From the NCBI GenBank assembly GCA_028534125.1, contig CM052819.1, forward strand, positions 53,878,001-53,942,000: a stretch of 64,000 nucleotides of DNA, given 5' to 3'. The notes under the pieces are model-generated. The model was not told the origin of the DNA. It searched no databases and saw only the letters and a program-made list of their open reading frames with translations. This document shows positions 63,352 through 64,000 of this stretch, in pieces. This stretch comes from Lama glama. Taxonomy: Eukaryota. The translations under genes were made by a program, and so were the position numbers. Position 1 is the stretch's first letter; each line of letters opens with the position of its first letter.

Positions 63352-64000
63352 CGATTGGGAAATGTAGTTTATCACATTTTATAGTGAAGCTTTAATGCAG
63401 TATTTGAAAAATATACACTGGCTACATCTGGGGTTTTACAAATCAAGAGAACAGAGAATCCATGAAAAATAAAAAGACACGCCATCTGATGAAGCTTGAA
63501 ATGAAATAAAGTTGAAAAGAAAAACAGAAAAGACAGAGAACTCCCATCAGAACATTAAATGTATCCCGCTTTCTCCCTCGATGCAAAGGCAGAGCAGGCT
63601 GGACCAGGACTAGAGACCTCTCTGGGGAATCCAGCTCTCCAGACTCTTGGCTCCATTGGAAGCTGTTAGCCTTGCTCTTTATCTTCCTTCACACACTGCT
63701 GAGATGTATGCTAAAAATCTTTAAATGTGATGTGAGAATGAAAGCCCAACAAGCAAGTTAAAGTCTTGGTACTGCCTTTACCAATCCCATCGCTTTCTCT
63801 GGTCTATCCTGCTTCATCCAGGGACTCAGAACTCCTGTTCTCTGTTTGCTTCTTTCGACACCAATCCTGCCTCTAGTCTGGCCCTTCACCACGGGCGGAG
63901 GGAAAGGGTAATACTCCCAAAGTGGGGTCTCAGGCACTTTGCCCACAGTGATTCCGATCTTATCTATTTGTACTTCATTCCTCTGGTGGATGATGGGATG

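Noticed and set aside
1-64000. The many 60-180 aa ORFs in the six-frame track
   Set aside because: No recognisable domains. Many start at GTG/TTG, fall in repeats or run through N gaps. This density is expected by chance in mammalian non-coding DNA. Only the MKMAAPTASKA frame is supported.
1-64000. A novel multi-gene or prokaryote-style system (operon, CRISPR, defence island)
   Set aside because: The DNA is mammalian intron/intergenic sequence with no repeat-spacer array, no gene cluster and no foreign-looking segment.

Overview
Mammalian genomic DNA, most likely a camelid (camel, alpaca or vicuna), judging by three vic-1-type tRNA-derived SINEs. The window holds the 5' end of one gene on the minus strand: MB21D2 (C3orf59, Mab-21/cGAS-like nucleotidyltransferase fold). 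Its start (ATG at 25008, MKMAAPTASKA...) lies in a CpG island at about 23.5-25.3 kb. Most of coding exon 1 is hidden by an N gap, and a GTAAAG donor-like sequence follows the gap directly. Positions 1-24748 are therefore intron 1, and 25.3-64 kb is upstream intergenic DNA. Both parts are mostly old interspersed repeats (MIR, L2, L1M, MLT1/MLT2/LTR16 solo LTRs, hAT elements), plus a few younger insertions with target-site duplications and microsatellites. There are six small N gaps. Nearly all ORFs in the supplied track look like chance ORFs. I found no evidence of a new multi-gene system. The best leads are: the translation-start architecture of MB21D2 (weak then strong ATG, YY1 site, G4 motif, open upstream frame); the gap hiding exon 1; a local 335-bp duplication of an L2/MLT1 junction; and two motif-dense candidate enhancers. 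Repeat families and boundaries were called by eye from remembered consensus sequences and are approximate.
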